Shown: positions 13,401 to 26,353 of the stretch, piece after piece
Layout of the letters: every line of letters starts with the position of its first letter
Numbering within the stretch: position 1 is the stretch's first letter
Source of the DNA: Eledone cirrhosa
Lineage: Eukaryota
Direction: 5' to 3'
NCBI GenBank assembly: GCA_964016885.1
Contig: OZ024740.1
Coordinates: forward strand, 395,870,001 to 395,934,000
DNA: 64,000 nucleotides
Notes under the pieces: model-generated
What the model saw: the letters and a program-made list of their open reading frames with translations, nothing else
Databases searched by the model: none
What the model was told of the DNA's origin: nothing
Translations under genes and position numbers: made by a program

Positions 13401-16400
13401 AGAAGAGTGAAAAGAGAAGGAAATGGAAAACATTTTGGAGGGAGAAAAAGCATGTGTGAGTTCAATCAGCCATTTTGGGTAAATATACATCATCATCATC
13501 ATTGTATGATGATGATGTATATATATATAGTGGAAGTCATTTATTATAATCAGGAATTGGATATTGTTGTTAAATGGTTATTGTTATGAAAATTAGTGCG
13601 TCCAAAACAAACCTGTTTAGAGTTTTGTTATAACCTCTGCTTAATGATATGGTCTGGTTATATTTCTCTAAAAAGCTTTGTCCCACTGTCATTGAAAAAG
13701 GGGAAAATGGATAAACTAAAAAAGTGATTCAAGATTGATGTGAATGATATAAAACAGTGCATTGAATTATGCTTACGAACCATCTGCAAAGACAATGAGC
13801 ACGTGATGGGAAGTCATTGTCCATTGACATCATGTCTTCAAATACAGTAGGAGTGGCATCTGTTAAAAGAAGGTTATATGGTATTTTAGATTTATTTATT
13901 CATATTAGCCATCAAAAATAAACTTTCAAGAATATGTTTAGATTATTTGAAATATTCAGGTTATTTTATTACATGAGACATAATATTTTATCAAAAAAGA
14001 AGCCTCTATACTGTGTACGTACTGAAGTAAAGTAATAACTGCCACATTTATATCAGTGTTTTTCCATTAGGTCACATAAATGAAGCTGAGAGGACAAAGC
14101 TTTCACTTCTGTGCAAAGAAGTTTGTATCACTAAATTTTGTTAATGGTTCATTCAAAAGAGGAAGTGAATAATCTTTGCAGGACTATTGAGACTGGTGGA
14201 GGCAAAAGGGCAGAATAAACCATGGGTTGCTGCTAACCACTACTTTGATCCCTATGAGTAGCCCACCTCCTTTTTGTTTCTATATTTAAATTTTTAGTCA
14301 GGGACAGAATGACAGTGTCCATATCACTTTTTAGCACTTCTAAGACTAGTAAGAGTTAGGGGAAAAGTAGCCAGAGAATGAAGACCTAGCTCAAATGCTT
14401 GCGACATAATGGACTCACTTATAGGCACCCAAAGGCCAGGTGGTGGAGTTAAACTGGGTGATGGATTTAATCTACCATCTTTGCTACAAGTAAACCTGCC
14501 AAAAAATAGAGCAGCCTGCTGAGATCAGGTTCCTGGTGTATTTCGTGACAGGTTTTCACTAGACAACCACTTCCATCAGTACCCTGTAGCAAACTGACAC
14601 AACACATCAGAAAGTGCAGAAGGAAGCAGCACATGGATATGCCAAGTTACATATTCTTAAACTGGAGAGTGACCTGGTTTGAATATTTTTAACAGAGTGG
14701 ATACTACTAAAGGCATCCAAAATTTACCTTCGTTTTTTGTGGTGTCATCTTGCTCTTCTTGTTCACGAGCTTTTTCAGCAAGGGTTGCCTCTGCCGATTT
14801 TAAATAGTGGTATGTCAAATCAAACTTGACATCTGAAAACTGAAGTTCATCTGTTCGCTCTTCCCATGTCTCTGATGTGAATTCCCCCTATCAAAACAAA
14901 ATTCCATCTATGAATTGTAAAGAATGGAAGCGTATATGTAGGTAGACCAACATGCTCACACACACATACACCATTGTCATTTATACCTTTTTATCCATGG
15001 TAGCATGGACTGGGTGAAACTTTTTGAGGTAGATTTTCTATGACTGGATGACCTTCCAGCTACCAACCCATCCTTTATATCTAATATACCACTCATCTTT
15101 CTCAAGCCGCTACACAGTGTATTGTTTATGCAGAACATAAACAAATATCACTGCTTGCATTAAATGTTGAAGACGAGTGGTAAACTCACACACATACGTA
15201 TATATATATATATATATCATCATCATCATTATTTTACGTCCGCTTTTCCCTGCTTGCAAGGGTGGGACGGGTCTTATTCAGCACAGCATCTCTCCACTCG
15301 TCACGGTCCTTCGTCATCTCCACCATGAGCTTCTATGATCTGAGGTCTGTTCTCACCACCTCCGCCCATGTTTTTCGTGGTCTACCTCTACCACGTCTTC
15401 CATCAACTGGCATTTCCTGGCACTTCTTCACCCATCGGTCATCCTCCATGCGCATCACATGTCCATACCACCTCGGTCTCCTCTCTCGTACACTATTCTA
15501 TCCCTCTCAGACACATTTTCTCTCTCAACACATTTATGATGGGTCGTTCACGCACATTTACACTGCACATCCAATGGAGCATGCTTGCCTCATTTCTCTC
15601 CAGCCATCGCATATCCTTTGCAGTTGCTGCCCATGTCTCACTTTCATGCAACATCGCGCTCCTCACACAAGCATCATATAACCGGCCTTTCGTACGCAGG
15701 GAGAAACCCTTCTTCGTCAGCAGAGGAAGCAGCTCGCTAAACTTCTTCCAACCCGTCCTTATTCTAGATACTATCTAGATACTATGGCCTCAGAACACCC
15801 TCCTCCCATGCTAATCTGTTATGGCTTGGAGGACTATAATGAACAAGAGCGGGCTGAGGACCGAACCTTGATGTACTCCTACTTGTATCTGGAATTCCTC
15901 ACTAAACTCCATTCCTACCCTGACTTTACTGAGAGTACTTCTGTACAAAGTTTGCACTGTCCTCACAAGCCATTCCTCAACACCTAGCTTCCTTAGGGAC
16001 CACCAGATGACAGATCGGGGTACCCTATCAAAGGCCTTCTCTAGGTCAACAAAGGCTAAGTATAGTGGCTTATTTTTCTCTAAGAACCTCTCTTGTAATT
16101 GTCTCACCAAGAAGAGGGTGTCTGTTGTACTTTTCCCAGGCACAAAACCAAACTGCATCTCATCTAGTTTGACCCTTTCTCTAATTAGTTGTGCTAATAT
16201 CCTTTCTGCCACTTTCATAACCTGATCCATCAGTTTTATACCCCTATAATTGCTCCTCTCCAGAGCATCCCCTTTACCTTTGTAGCAATTTATGAGAATA
16301 CTGCTGCACCAGTCTTTGGGTATGACATGACCATATATAGCCTGATTGATGATGCGTGCAACCAGTTTAGTGCCTACGCCCCCTGATGCCTTCAGCATCT

Positions 16401-19400
16401 CAGCAACTATTCCCGATGGTCCAGCAGCCTTACCATTTTTCATTTCCTTAATCGCCTCTTGGACCCTATATTCGTCAATCTCAATAGCTGGTCCCTCTGT
16501 CAGATCTACTAAGGGTAATTTCTCTCTCTCCCATTCGTTCTCCACATTCATCAGTTTCTCATAATGACATTTCCAGGCCTCCTTTTTCTGATCATTCGTG
16601 ACACTAAGTACACCGGCATCATCCCGGACACATTTATCTCCAACAACATCCTGATTTGCATTGACACATTGCCTTGCAATGTGGAACACCGCACGCCTCT
16701 GATCTTCCGTCGCAGAACATTGGCAAACCTCCTACTCTCCGCCTCCCTGCGTGCTAAGTACACCTGACGTCTAGCTTCTCTCTTAGTGGCTGTATATTCT
16801 TCCCTACTCCCACCCTTTTTCCAATCCTTCCATGCTAGTATTTTGTCTCTAATGGCCTTATCTACTGTGCTGTTCCACCACCAGGTCACTGTCTGGTTGG
16901 AGCTCTGCTCCAGCCACAAGTTTCATCGGTAGCCTGCAGCAAGTTGTCACGTAAGAAATTCCAGTTATTATATATGTCATACGTCTCTAAATCGTCTTCT
17001 TTTTCGTCATATACATCTTGAAGGGCTTTCCTAAATTTGTATTTTAGTGAAAGGTCTTTTAGCTTCCAGACCTTTCTTCTCCACACCTTCCTGTATGTCT
17101 CATTCCATCTCTTGCTTACTGAGATATCACTAACGACTAACCTATGCTGTGGGGTACATTTTTCCCCAGGGTATGCCTTGGTATTAGACACTATCTGCCT
17201 GTCTCGCTGCCTAACTAGTAAGAAGTGAATCTGGCTTATGTGCTCACCAGATTTGTAGGTTATTAGGTGATTGGCAGGTTTCTGGAAGTTTGTGTTGCAA
17301 ATAGTCAATGTACCTGCATCACAAAATTCAAGAAGTCTCACTCCTTCATTTCTTGGGCCGTAACCGTGCCCACCATGTACCCCAATGTAACCATCCTGGA
17401 GCTGTCCAACATGACCATTGAAGTCTCCTGCTAACATAACGATGTCTCCGTCCTCTGTCATTGCGGTTGTTTGTAAAAGTTGCTCGTAAAAGCAGTCTTT
17501 CTCATCTTTGCCTAGGCCTGCTTGGGGAGAATAGGCCAAGATGATTGTCAGTAGTCTCCTGCCTACAACTAATCTAAGCTTAATTATTCAATTACTAACT
17601 CGAACTACCTCTATTGTCTTATTGATCCATTTCTCAGCCAGGAAAGTGCCTACTCCCCCTAACCCATCATCCTTACCTACCCAGAATAGCTTATAGCTAA
17701 GACGTTTGCCTACGACTAGTCTCGCAGAGGCACCTCTCCATCTCACCTCTTGCACGCAGCACACATCCACATGCCTTCTCTCCAGTATCTCCGCTATTTA
17801 AGCAGATCTACCTCTGAGAGTGCCAACATTAAGTGTTGCAACTCTGAGATGCGACGTCTTCATATTTTGTTGTTGTTCCTATTTGTTGCTGTGCTGATAA
17901 GCGTTTTGGCATTGATACACTGGTTGGATGCCCTTCCTAACACCAGCGCCACTTTACACCATGGACTGGGTGCTTTTATTTGTGCCACCATGTGATGTCT
18001 TACTAGACTCAAGGGCCCTCTCTACCCCTCTATTTTACAGCATGGTCATAAAAAAAAACAAAAAAAAACACTTATTGACACGACGCACACACACACACTC
18101 ACACACCAACACTCATGCATACAAACCACAAACACACACACGTCACTCACATACCAACACTCATTCATGCATACAAACACACACACCACTCACAAACACA
18201 CACACACATATATATATATATATATTACTGGCAGTACTGATACAAATACAAAATCAAAATCCTGTCAACTGTTGACTTTTCCCAGTCCAGTTCAGTTTTT
18301 ATATAATAATAATAATAATTGTTTGCTTTACGCTGGTAATGGTGGTGGTGAATGGTGTCAGTATGGTGATGGTGGTGGTGGTGGATGGTCAGTGATGGTG
18401 GTGGTAGTTGTTGTTGCTGTAGTTGCTGTTGCTGTTGTTGTTGTTGTTGCTGCTGCTGCTGCTGCTGCCGTTGTTGTTGTTCTTCATTTCACTGATGTTG
18501 CAGACAATGGTGTTGATGCTGTTATTGTAGTCGCATATATATAAATACATACATACATACACATTCAACACAGACAATGGTGTTGTTGCTGTTGTTGTCG
18601 TTGTTGCTGTTGTTGTTGTTCTTCATTTCACTGCTGCTGATGTTGCAGACAATGGTGTTGATGCTGTTATTGTAGTCGCATATATATAAATACATACATA
18701 CATACACATTCAACACAGACAATGGTGTTGTTGCTGTTGTTGTCGTTGTTGCTGTTGTTGTTGTTCTTCATTTCACTGCTGCTGTTGCTGCAGACAATGG
18801 TGTTGATGCTGTTATTGTAGTCGCATATATATAAATACATACATACACATTCAACACAGACAATGGTGTTGTTGCTGTTGTTGTCGTTGTTGTTGTTGTT
18901 GTTCTTCATTTCACTGCTGCTGTTGCTGCAGACAATGGTGTTGATGCTGTTATTGTAGTCGCATATATATAAATACATACATACACATTCAACACAGACA
19001 ATGGTGTTGTTGCTGTTGTTGTCGTTGTTGCTGTTGTTGTTGTTCTTCATTTCACTGCTGCTGTTGCTGCAGACAATGGTGTTGATGCTGTTATTGTAGT
19101 CGCATATATATAAATACATACATACACATTCAACACAGACAATGGTGTTGTTGCTGTTGTTGTCGTTGTTGTTGTTGTTCTTCTTCATTTCACTGCTGCT
19201 GTTGCTGCAGACAATGGTGTTGATGCTGTTATTGTAGTCGCATATATATAAATACATACATACACATTCAACACACACAATGGTGTTGTTGCTGTTGTTG
19301 TCGTTGTTGCTGTTGTTGTTGTTCTTCATTTCACTGCTGCTGTTGCTGCAGACAATGGTGTTGATGCTGTTATTGTAGTTGCATATATATAAATACATAC

Positions 19401-22400
19401 ATACACATTCAACACAGACAATGGTGTTGTTGCTGTTGTTGTCGTTGTTGTTGTTGTTGTTCTTCATTTCACTGCTGCTGTTGCTGCAGACAATGGTGTT
19501 GATGCTGTTATTGTAGTCGCATATATATAAATACATACATACACATTCAACACAGACAATGGTGTTGTTGCTGTTGTTGTCGTTGTTGTTGTTGTTGTTC
19601 TTCATTTCACTGCTGCTGTTGCTGCAGACAATGGTGTTGATGCTGTTATTGTAGTTGCATATATATAAATACATACATACACATTCAACACAGACAATGG
19701 TGTTGTTGCTGTTGTTGTCGTTGTTGTTGTTGTTGTTCTTCATTTCACTGCTGCTGTTGCTGCAGACAATGGTGTTGATGCTGTTATTGTAGTCGCATAT
19801 ATATAAATACATACATACACATTCAACACAGACAATGGTGTTGTTGCTGTTGTTGTCGTTGTTGTTGTTGTTGTTCTTCATTTCACTGCTGCTGTTGCTG
19901 CAGACAATGGTGTTGATGCTGTTATTGTAGTCGCATATATATAAATACATACATACACATTCAACACAGACAATGGTGTTGTTGCTGTTGTTGTCGTTGT
20001 TGTTGTTGTTGTTCTTCATTTCACTGCTGCTGTTGCTGCAGACAATGGTGTTGATGCTGTTATTGTAGTTGCATATATATAAATACATACATACACATTC
20101 AACACAGACAATGGTGTTGTTGCTGTTGTTGTCGTTGTTGCTGTTGTTGTTGTTCTTCATTTCACTGCTGCTGTTGCTGCAGACAATGGTGTTGATGCTG
20201 TTATTGTAGTCGCATATATATAAATACATACATACATACACATTCAACACAGACAATGGTGTTGTTGCTGTTGTTGTTTTATATATATATATATCATCAT
20301 TTAATCTCCATTTTTCTGGCTCAGCAAGGATATATCATCATCCTCATCATCATTACCATTTAACTTCCATTTTTCCATGCTAGTATGGGTTAGACAAGTT
20401 GTCCCATTGTGAGATAAGTCAGATCAGGTGACCGTGTCTTGCTCATACAGAACTAGTTCTGGTTTGGTTTCTACGGTTGGATGCCCTTCCTAATATTGTG
20501 AACACTTTTTGTCATGTCACCAACATGACCACTTTATGTTACACTTTTTATCCTGACACCTACATGACCAGTTGAGTTTCTCTTCAGTTTATAATTACTT
20601 AAGTAACTAATCCATTCCTCACTTAGTTTATTAATTGGGTGGTTGTTTAATTGTCATATTTATTTTCAACTGTCAAAGCTCTTTTGTCACATATCCTGTG
20701 ACCTTCTCAATGACTATTCTGGCTCCTCTTTGTTCTGATATTGTTCTATTTACTCCATCTTGGCTTTTTGACGTGTGTATTTGGTCTGTGCACGTTTGTG
20801 TGTTTGACAGATAACAACATTTTCACATATTAAAAAACTTGAAAATTATCAATCTTAATGTGGTTTAACAAAAATGAACATGTGACATGTGCAACCTACA
20901 AGAAATTTCTCTACCTATGTCAACCACCTCAAAAACACTAGTCTGAGAAAGCCTGAAATGGTCACGAGGCACTGTCCTTTTTTAAAAGAACACAGACAAA
21001 CAATGACCTTTCAGTCAAGCCAATGAATGATCCTCTACATAGTCACTTAACCTGCTCAAAATAGCAGCCAAATCTCACTCAAATCCCACCCAACAGTTTT
21101 TTAAAAAGGCACATTAGAAAATGTAGCCCAAGATACACTCTTCATGGAGAAAAGATAGGTTGGTCATGACCAGAGTTCTTTTTATTATATATCTGTTCTA
21201 TTAGAGTGCATATATATAATTTTTTTTTTAAAGAAACAAGCCACAGTAAAAACAAACAAAAAATAAAGAATAAACATTCTCATTTTACCTTTGCAACAGG
21301 AGGCAATGCTGGTAAATTAACTAATCTCCATTCATGTAAAATTTCTTCAAGTCGTGCTATAAACCTAAATGAGACCAAAATTTATAGTTAGTAAACTTAT
21401 AAAAGGAGAACATGAAATCCCGTACCCTCACTGAGAAGTTAGTTCATTCCATTTGTTTCGATGTATCAAGCTATGAAATATTTATAAGTTTAAATCATTG
21501 ACAGAGTAGTTGACTATAATAACACTTGCTTTAAAAAAACTATTCTACTTCCAACATCAGAATTTTGGGGTGTTGGAATGTGGAAAGGGCATAAGTGACT
21601 GAAAAATACATCTTCAAAACTGTTTGTTTATACAAAACACTAGAATATAATAAAACAAAAATATTTCTGAAATATACAGTTTCTCTAATTACTTGAGGTA
21701 AAATATCATCTTATAATATATATAACCAGACATCCACAGTTAAACATCTTAGTCAAAGACACAATGTAATGTCAATGGTGATATAAAAGCTTTACAAATT
21801 TTGACCAGCACCCTAACAACTCGATCAGTTGACTCTTTCCAAAACATACAAAATGTTTGAATTTTCAGAGTTATGTATTGCAAGTAAATATGGGAACAAG
21901 AAAATTAACATGAGATAAAAAAAAATAAATAGAAAAAAGCCTTGGAAAAGTTATCATATTTAAAGTTGTATATAACTATGGTGCATCATCTTATTTAAAG
22001 CTGTATATAGCTATGGTGCGTCCACACTTAGAATTTGAATCACAAGTCTGGAACCCCTATCTTGTTCAGAATATTGACCTCCTGGAAACTGTTCAGAGAT
22101 GTGCAACCAAGCAAATACCTTCCATAAGGCATCTACCATACTCTGAAAGCTTTGCTTCCCTGGGCATAAATACATTAAAGCTCCAACATCAGGCAACTGA
22201 CTTGGTAAACACCCACACAATTATTAACCATCTTGCCAACAACAACCCTGAGTACTTTTTTGAATTCCATGTGCCTAACACCCATGGGCATACCTACAAA
22301 GTCAGAAAACAGCACAGCTCCCATGACTTTCGTAAACACTTTTTCACGCTCAGTTGTTAACAGCTGGGACACCACATCCTTTAAAACCTGCATGCTTCCC

Positions 22401-25400
22401 GAAATCCGCCAACACTACTCCTAATATTCCTCCTCCATACACACGCATGTATCTGTGTGTATATCATGACTCATACACTGTTAACTTTCCTGGCATTTGT
22501 ACATTATTCTATGTAGCATACATGCACCTTTGATAAGTTGTAGTGCACCTGAGCACTGTACACAATAATTTTCATTATTATTATTATCTTATTATATATT
22601 ACAATTCTACCTATTAGAGAATGAAACTGTTAGAAGTTAGATATCATCATCAACTTTTTAGAGTCTATTTTGACACGATAGCCTCAGCTGGATGAGTTTG
22701 CAAAATGGTAAATTGTTATAGTTATCAATATGTAAGACCAAATTTCCTGAAATCTCACATTTCTTCCATGTCTTCTCTGAATATTATCAATTCCAACAAA
22801 TGCTGTTTGGTCAAGATGAACAATTTCAACAAATTCAAATTGAACAAATTTATGAAAATTACAAATACCAAATAATATAATTTAAAATGAGAGATTATTT
22901 TGTAAATTTTGTTAGGTCTAAGGTTATAAAAATTTAATAATTTTGAAATAGCAGAAAACTCAAATATAATCAGTTCTAATAAATACAGTTTAACCATTCT
23001 GCAGTATCCCAACCAAATATTAAGAAATTCCAAAATATTTGAAAATTATGAATATTTAGAAATTCTAACAATTTAAAATGATCTCATATTTTAACCAAAA
23101 TTAAACAGGTTATATAAATTAGAAATTCTAAAGAAATTCTGAAAAATGTTAATATATTTTAATAATTCAAGAAATTTTAATATATAGCAGTGGTAGTAGT
23201 TCCCTAAACTTCTTCCATCCCGTTCTTACCCTAGTTATTGTACTTTCTGAGCACCCACCTCCGTTGCTAATTCGGTCACCTAGGTAGCAGAAGCTGTCTA
23301 CTGTTTCTACCAATCTCTGGGAGGGCCCTGTAGAAACAGTAGACAGCTCCTGCTACCTAGGTGACCGAATTAGCAACGGAGGTGGGTGCTCAGAAAGTAC
23401 AATAACTAGGGTAAGAACGGGATGGAAGAAGTTTAGGGAACTACTACCACTGCTAGCTGCAAAAGGCTTCTCCCTCAGAATGAAAGGCAGACTGTATGAT
23501 GCGTGTATCCGAACAGCGATGTTGCATGGTAGTGAGACCTGGGCGCTGAAGGTGGAAGACTTACGTAGATTAGAGAGAAACGAAGCCTGCATGCTCCGAT
23601 GGATGTGTAACAGTAATATACGTGAACAACAAAGCATAAAGGAATTGAGAGAGAGACTGAGCATAAGAGGAATCAAATGCTGCGTGCAGGAGAGGCGGTT
23701 GCGCTGGTATGGACATGTGATGTGTATGAAGGATGACAGCTGCATAAAAAGGTGCAGAGCACTAGAAGTTGATGGAAACCGCGGAGTGGGGAGACCCAAG
23801 ATGACTTGGGATGAGGTGATAAAAGCCGACCTTACCCAATTACACACGACCGTGACTTCTGGCGTCACGCAGTAATACAGGTTACCCGACCTCCCATGGG
23901 TACATGCTGAAGCATATAAACAATATGCCCCCACTCCCCCCACCACAAGGTGGTCGTGGAGGTGCCACGGCAAAAAAGCACCCAGCCCACACTGTAAAGT
24001 GGACGTGTAGGCGCCACGAAAAAGCACCCAGCACTCACTGTAAATGAGGTTGGTGTTAGGAAGGGCATCCAGCTGTAGAAATCAAGCCAGATCAGTTCCT
24101 GTATGAGCAAGGCATGGTCAGCCGACCAGACACTGCCCACAACAGGACAACCCGTCTAACCCATGCTAGCGTGGAAGAACGGACGTAAAACGGTGATGAT
24201 GATGATGATGATGAAGTGATGAAAATTTGAAAATTGACAGGAAGCAAAATGTTCACATTAAACAATTTGAAAATTATCAATCCTAATGTGGTTTAACTAA
24301 AATGAATATGTGATATGTGCCAAACCTAGGCAACAAGGGATTTTATTCTGTTAGTCTATGACTAATTGTATATGGAACAAAATAAAGCATACTTTTATAT
24401 ATTAAATGACCATATTTAATTAGTGTTGTATGAAAATTACATGAATTACTTTAAGGATAATAAATTTAATGTGAATAAAGCAGATAACCAAAGTTTCAAT
24501 GAACAAATGATAAATAAAAGTTTCTAATTAAAAATATATTATTTGAAACAAAAGAAAATGAGAATAATTCATCTAAAGAATTCATCAAAATTCATATATT
24601 CTATAGAAATATTATTTGATAACCAATTGGCTTAGGGAAATGGTACAACACCATGTCTAATTGGTAGAAGTACATCAACATTTTGTAATTAATTAGAAGA
24701 CCTTTGTTGGAAATATATTATATAAGTTATTCTCTAGGTAATTTTCCTTTGAATTTGAGATATTTCTGTGTGATATCCTTTCTAAATTATAAGAAAAGAT
24801 ATTTATTCATAAAATACAAGTAGTATAGTTTAACTCATTAGCATTTACATTACTCTATATTTACTATTCATAGTAAACATTTTATTTCACATAATATCAA
24901 ATCTACGAAATTTTGATGTTATTTATTTTGAGAACAATATCTTAACATCAGTATGAGTAGCTGGTTATGGCCGATTTGAACTGAAAGCGGTGAGAGAATT
25001 CTGACCAGATATGGCCAGTTTAAATGGGTTTAAGTTGTTTTTCAGCAATATGAATTAAGAGCACATCTCTTTTAGAATGAACAACTGAAATTTTTTTTTC
25101 TAAACATGAAATCTAATTCAAACATAATTTCTATTTTAAATTTCCATGAATAATTTAACCACTTTGATGTCAATCTGTCCAAAACTACCTCTGGTTTTAT
25201 GAAACATCAACAACATTTTAAAGGGTTCTTGTAAACCTTTTGTTATGTTATATTAACTTTTTTAATAATAAATAATCAATAATTTTAGTGAATTCCTCCA
25301 AATACTTTATTAACTATTTAATATAGAGAACATTTCACTAGAAATATGGTCACAATAGAATTTATATCTAGTTTTTCTTAACTTTTGCTTATAACATGTA

Positions 25401-26309
25401 AAAAATAAAGGTGAATACAAACCTTTCCCAGTCTGAGGCAGTTGTAAAATCTGTGATTTCAAAGACATCAGCATCCTAAAAGGAAATTAGTAAAACAGTA
25501 AATGACGATAGTGAATCAAATGAAAGAGAAAAACAACATACCATTTAATTTTATTATTCTAAAATCTCATGGCATATTTGAATAAGGTTTTCAACAAGCT
25601 TCTTAAGATAAAAAAAAAAACAGAAGAAATAATTTTAATCATAATTATAAAACTACAATATTTTAAAACCACAGTACCAGTTTTAAAATGATTTTAGGAA
25701 CATTAGTGATATCCTAAGAACCACATTTTATACATAAAATGTGGTTCTCATATACTTAACTATAACCTTAAAAGAAGGGTTGTTATAAATTTGATGGATA
25801 AGAGATAATTCAGGTTAGCAGTTAGGTGACCATATGTTGCCGATGCAGAACTTTATTTTGGCTTGGTTTCTATAGCTTGATGCCCTTCCTAATGCCAACC
25901 ATGTTATAGTGTGGACTTTTCTATCGTATCACCAGCATGACCACCTTACTGGGTGGACTGGATGCTTTTTCATCATGTCACTAGCACAACCATTTTAGAG
26001 AGTGGACTGGGTGATTTATATATATATATATATATATATATCCTGATGGCTTCCAAAAATAACGGTCGTATTTTGAAAAGGTACGTCAATGTTTATTTAT
26101 AAAACTGTTATATATTGTATTTTGTCTGATGAAAGCATACCATAATTTAACTTGGTATTCTTGAAATATGTATAATGAAATAAATATGGTTTTATAAATA
26201 TAGTTTCCATTTGTTAATATCGTATATCTACTCCAAATACTTGTCGAGTGCTTTATATCAGTTATAAAAATATTTACTTGTTGTATCCCAACAATTTAAA
26301 TAGAACTTT

Positions 26310-26353
<44 letters not shown>

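Noticed and set aside
18667-20256. 529-aa Asn/Cys-rich ORF
   Set aside because: It follows from a stop-free tandem unit whose length is a multiple of 3; terminal units break the frame and copy 2 has no long ORF. Not called as a gene.
18480-20277. CRISPR-like repeat-spacer appearance (AACACCATTGTCTG boxes)
   Set aside because: The spacers alternate between two fixed sequences rather than being unique; eukaryotic context and no cas genes.
24607-24737. Exon-like plus-strand segments (also 1611-1750 and 3281-3362) suggesting an antisense nested gene
   Set aside because: In-frame stops or weak splice sites, no recognisable homology and no consistent chain; compatible with chance in AT-rich DNA.
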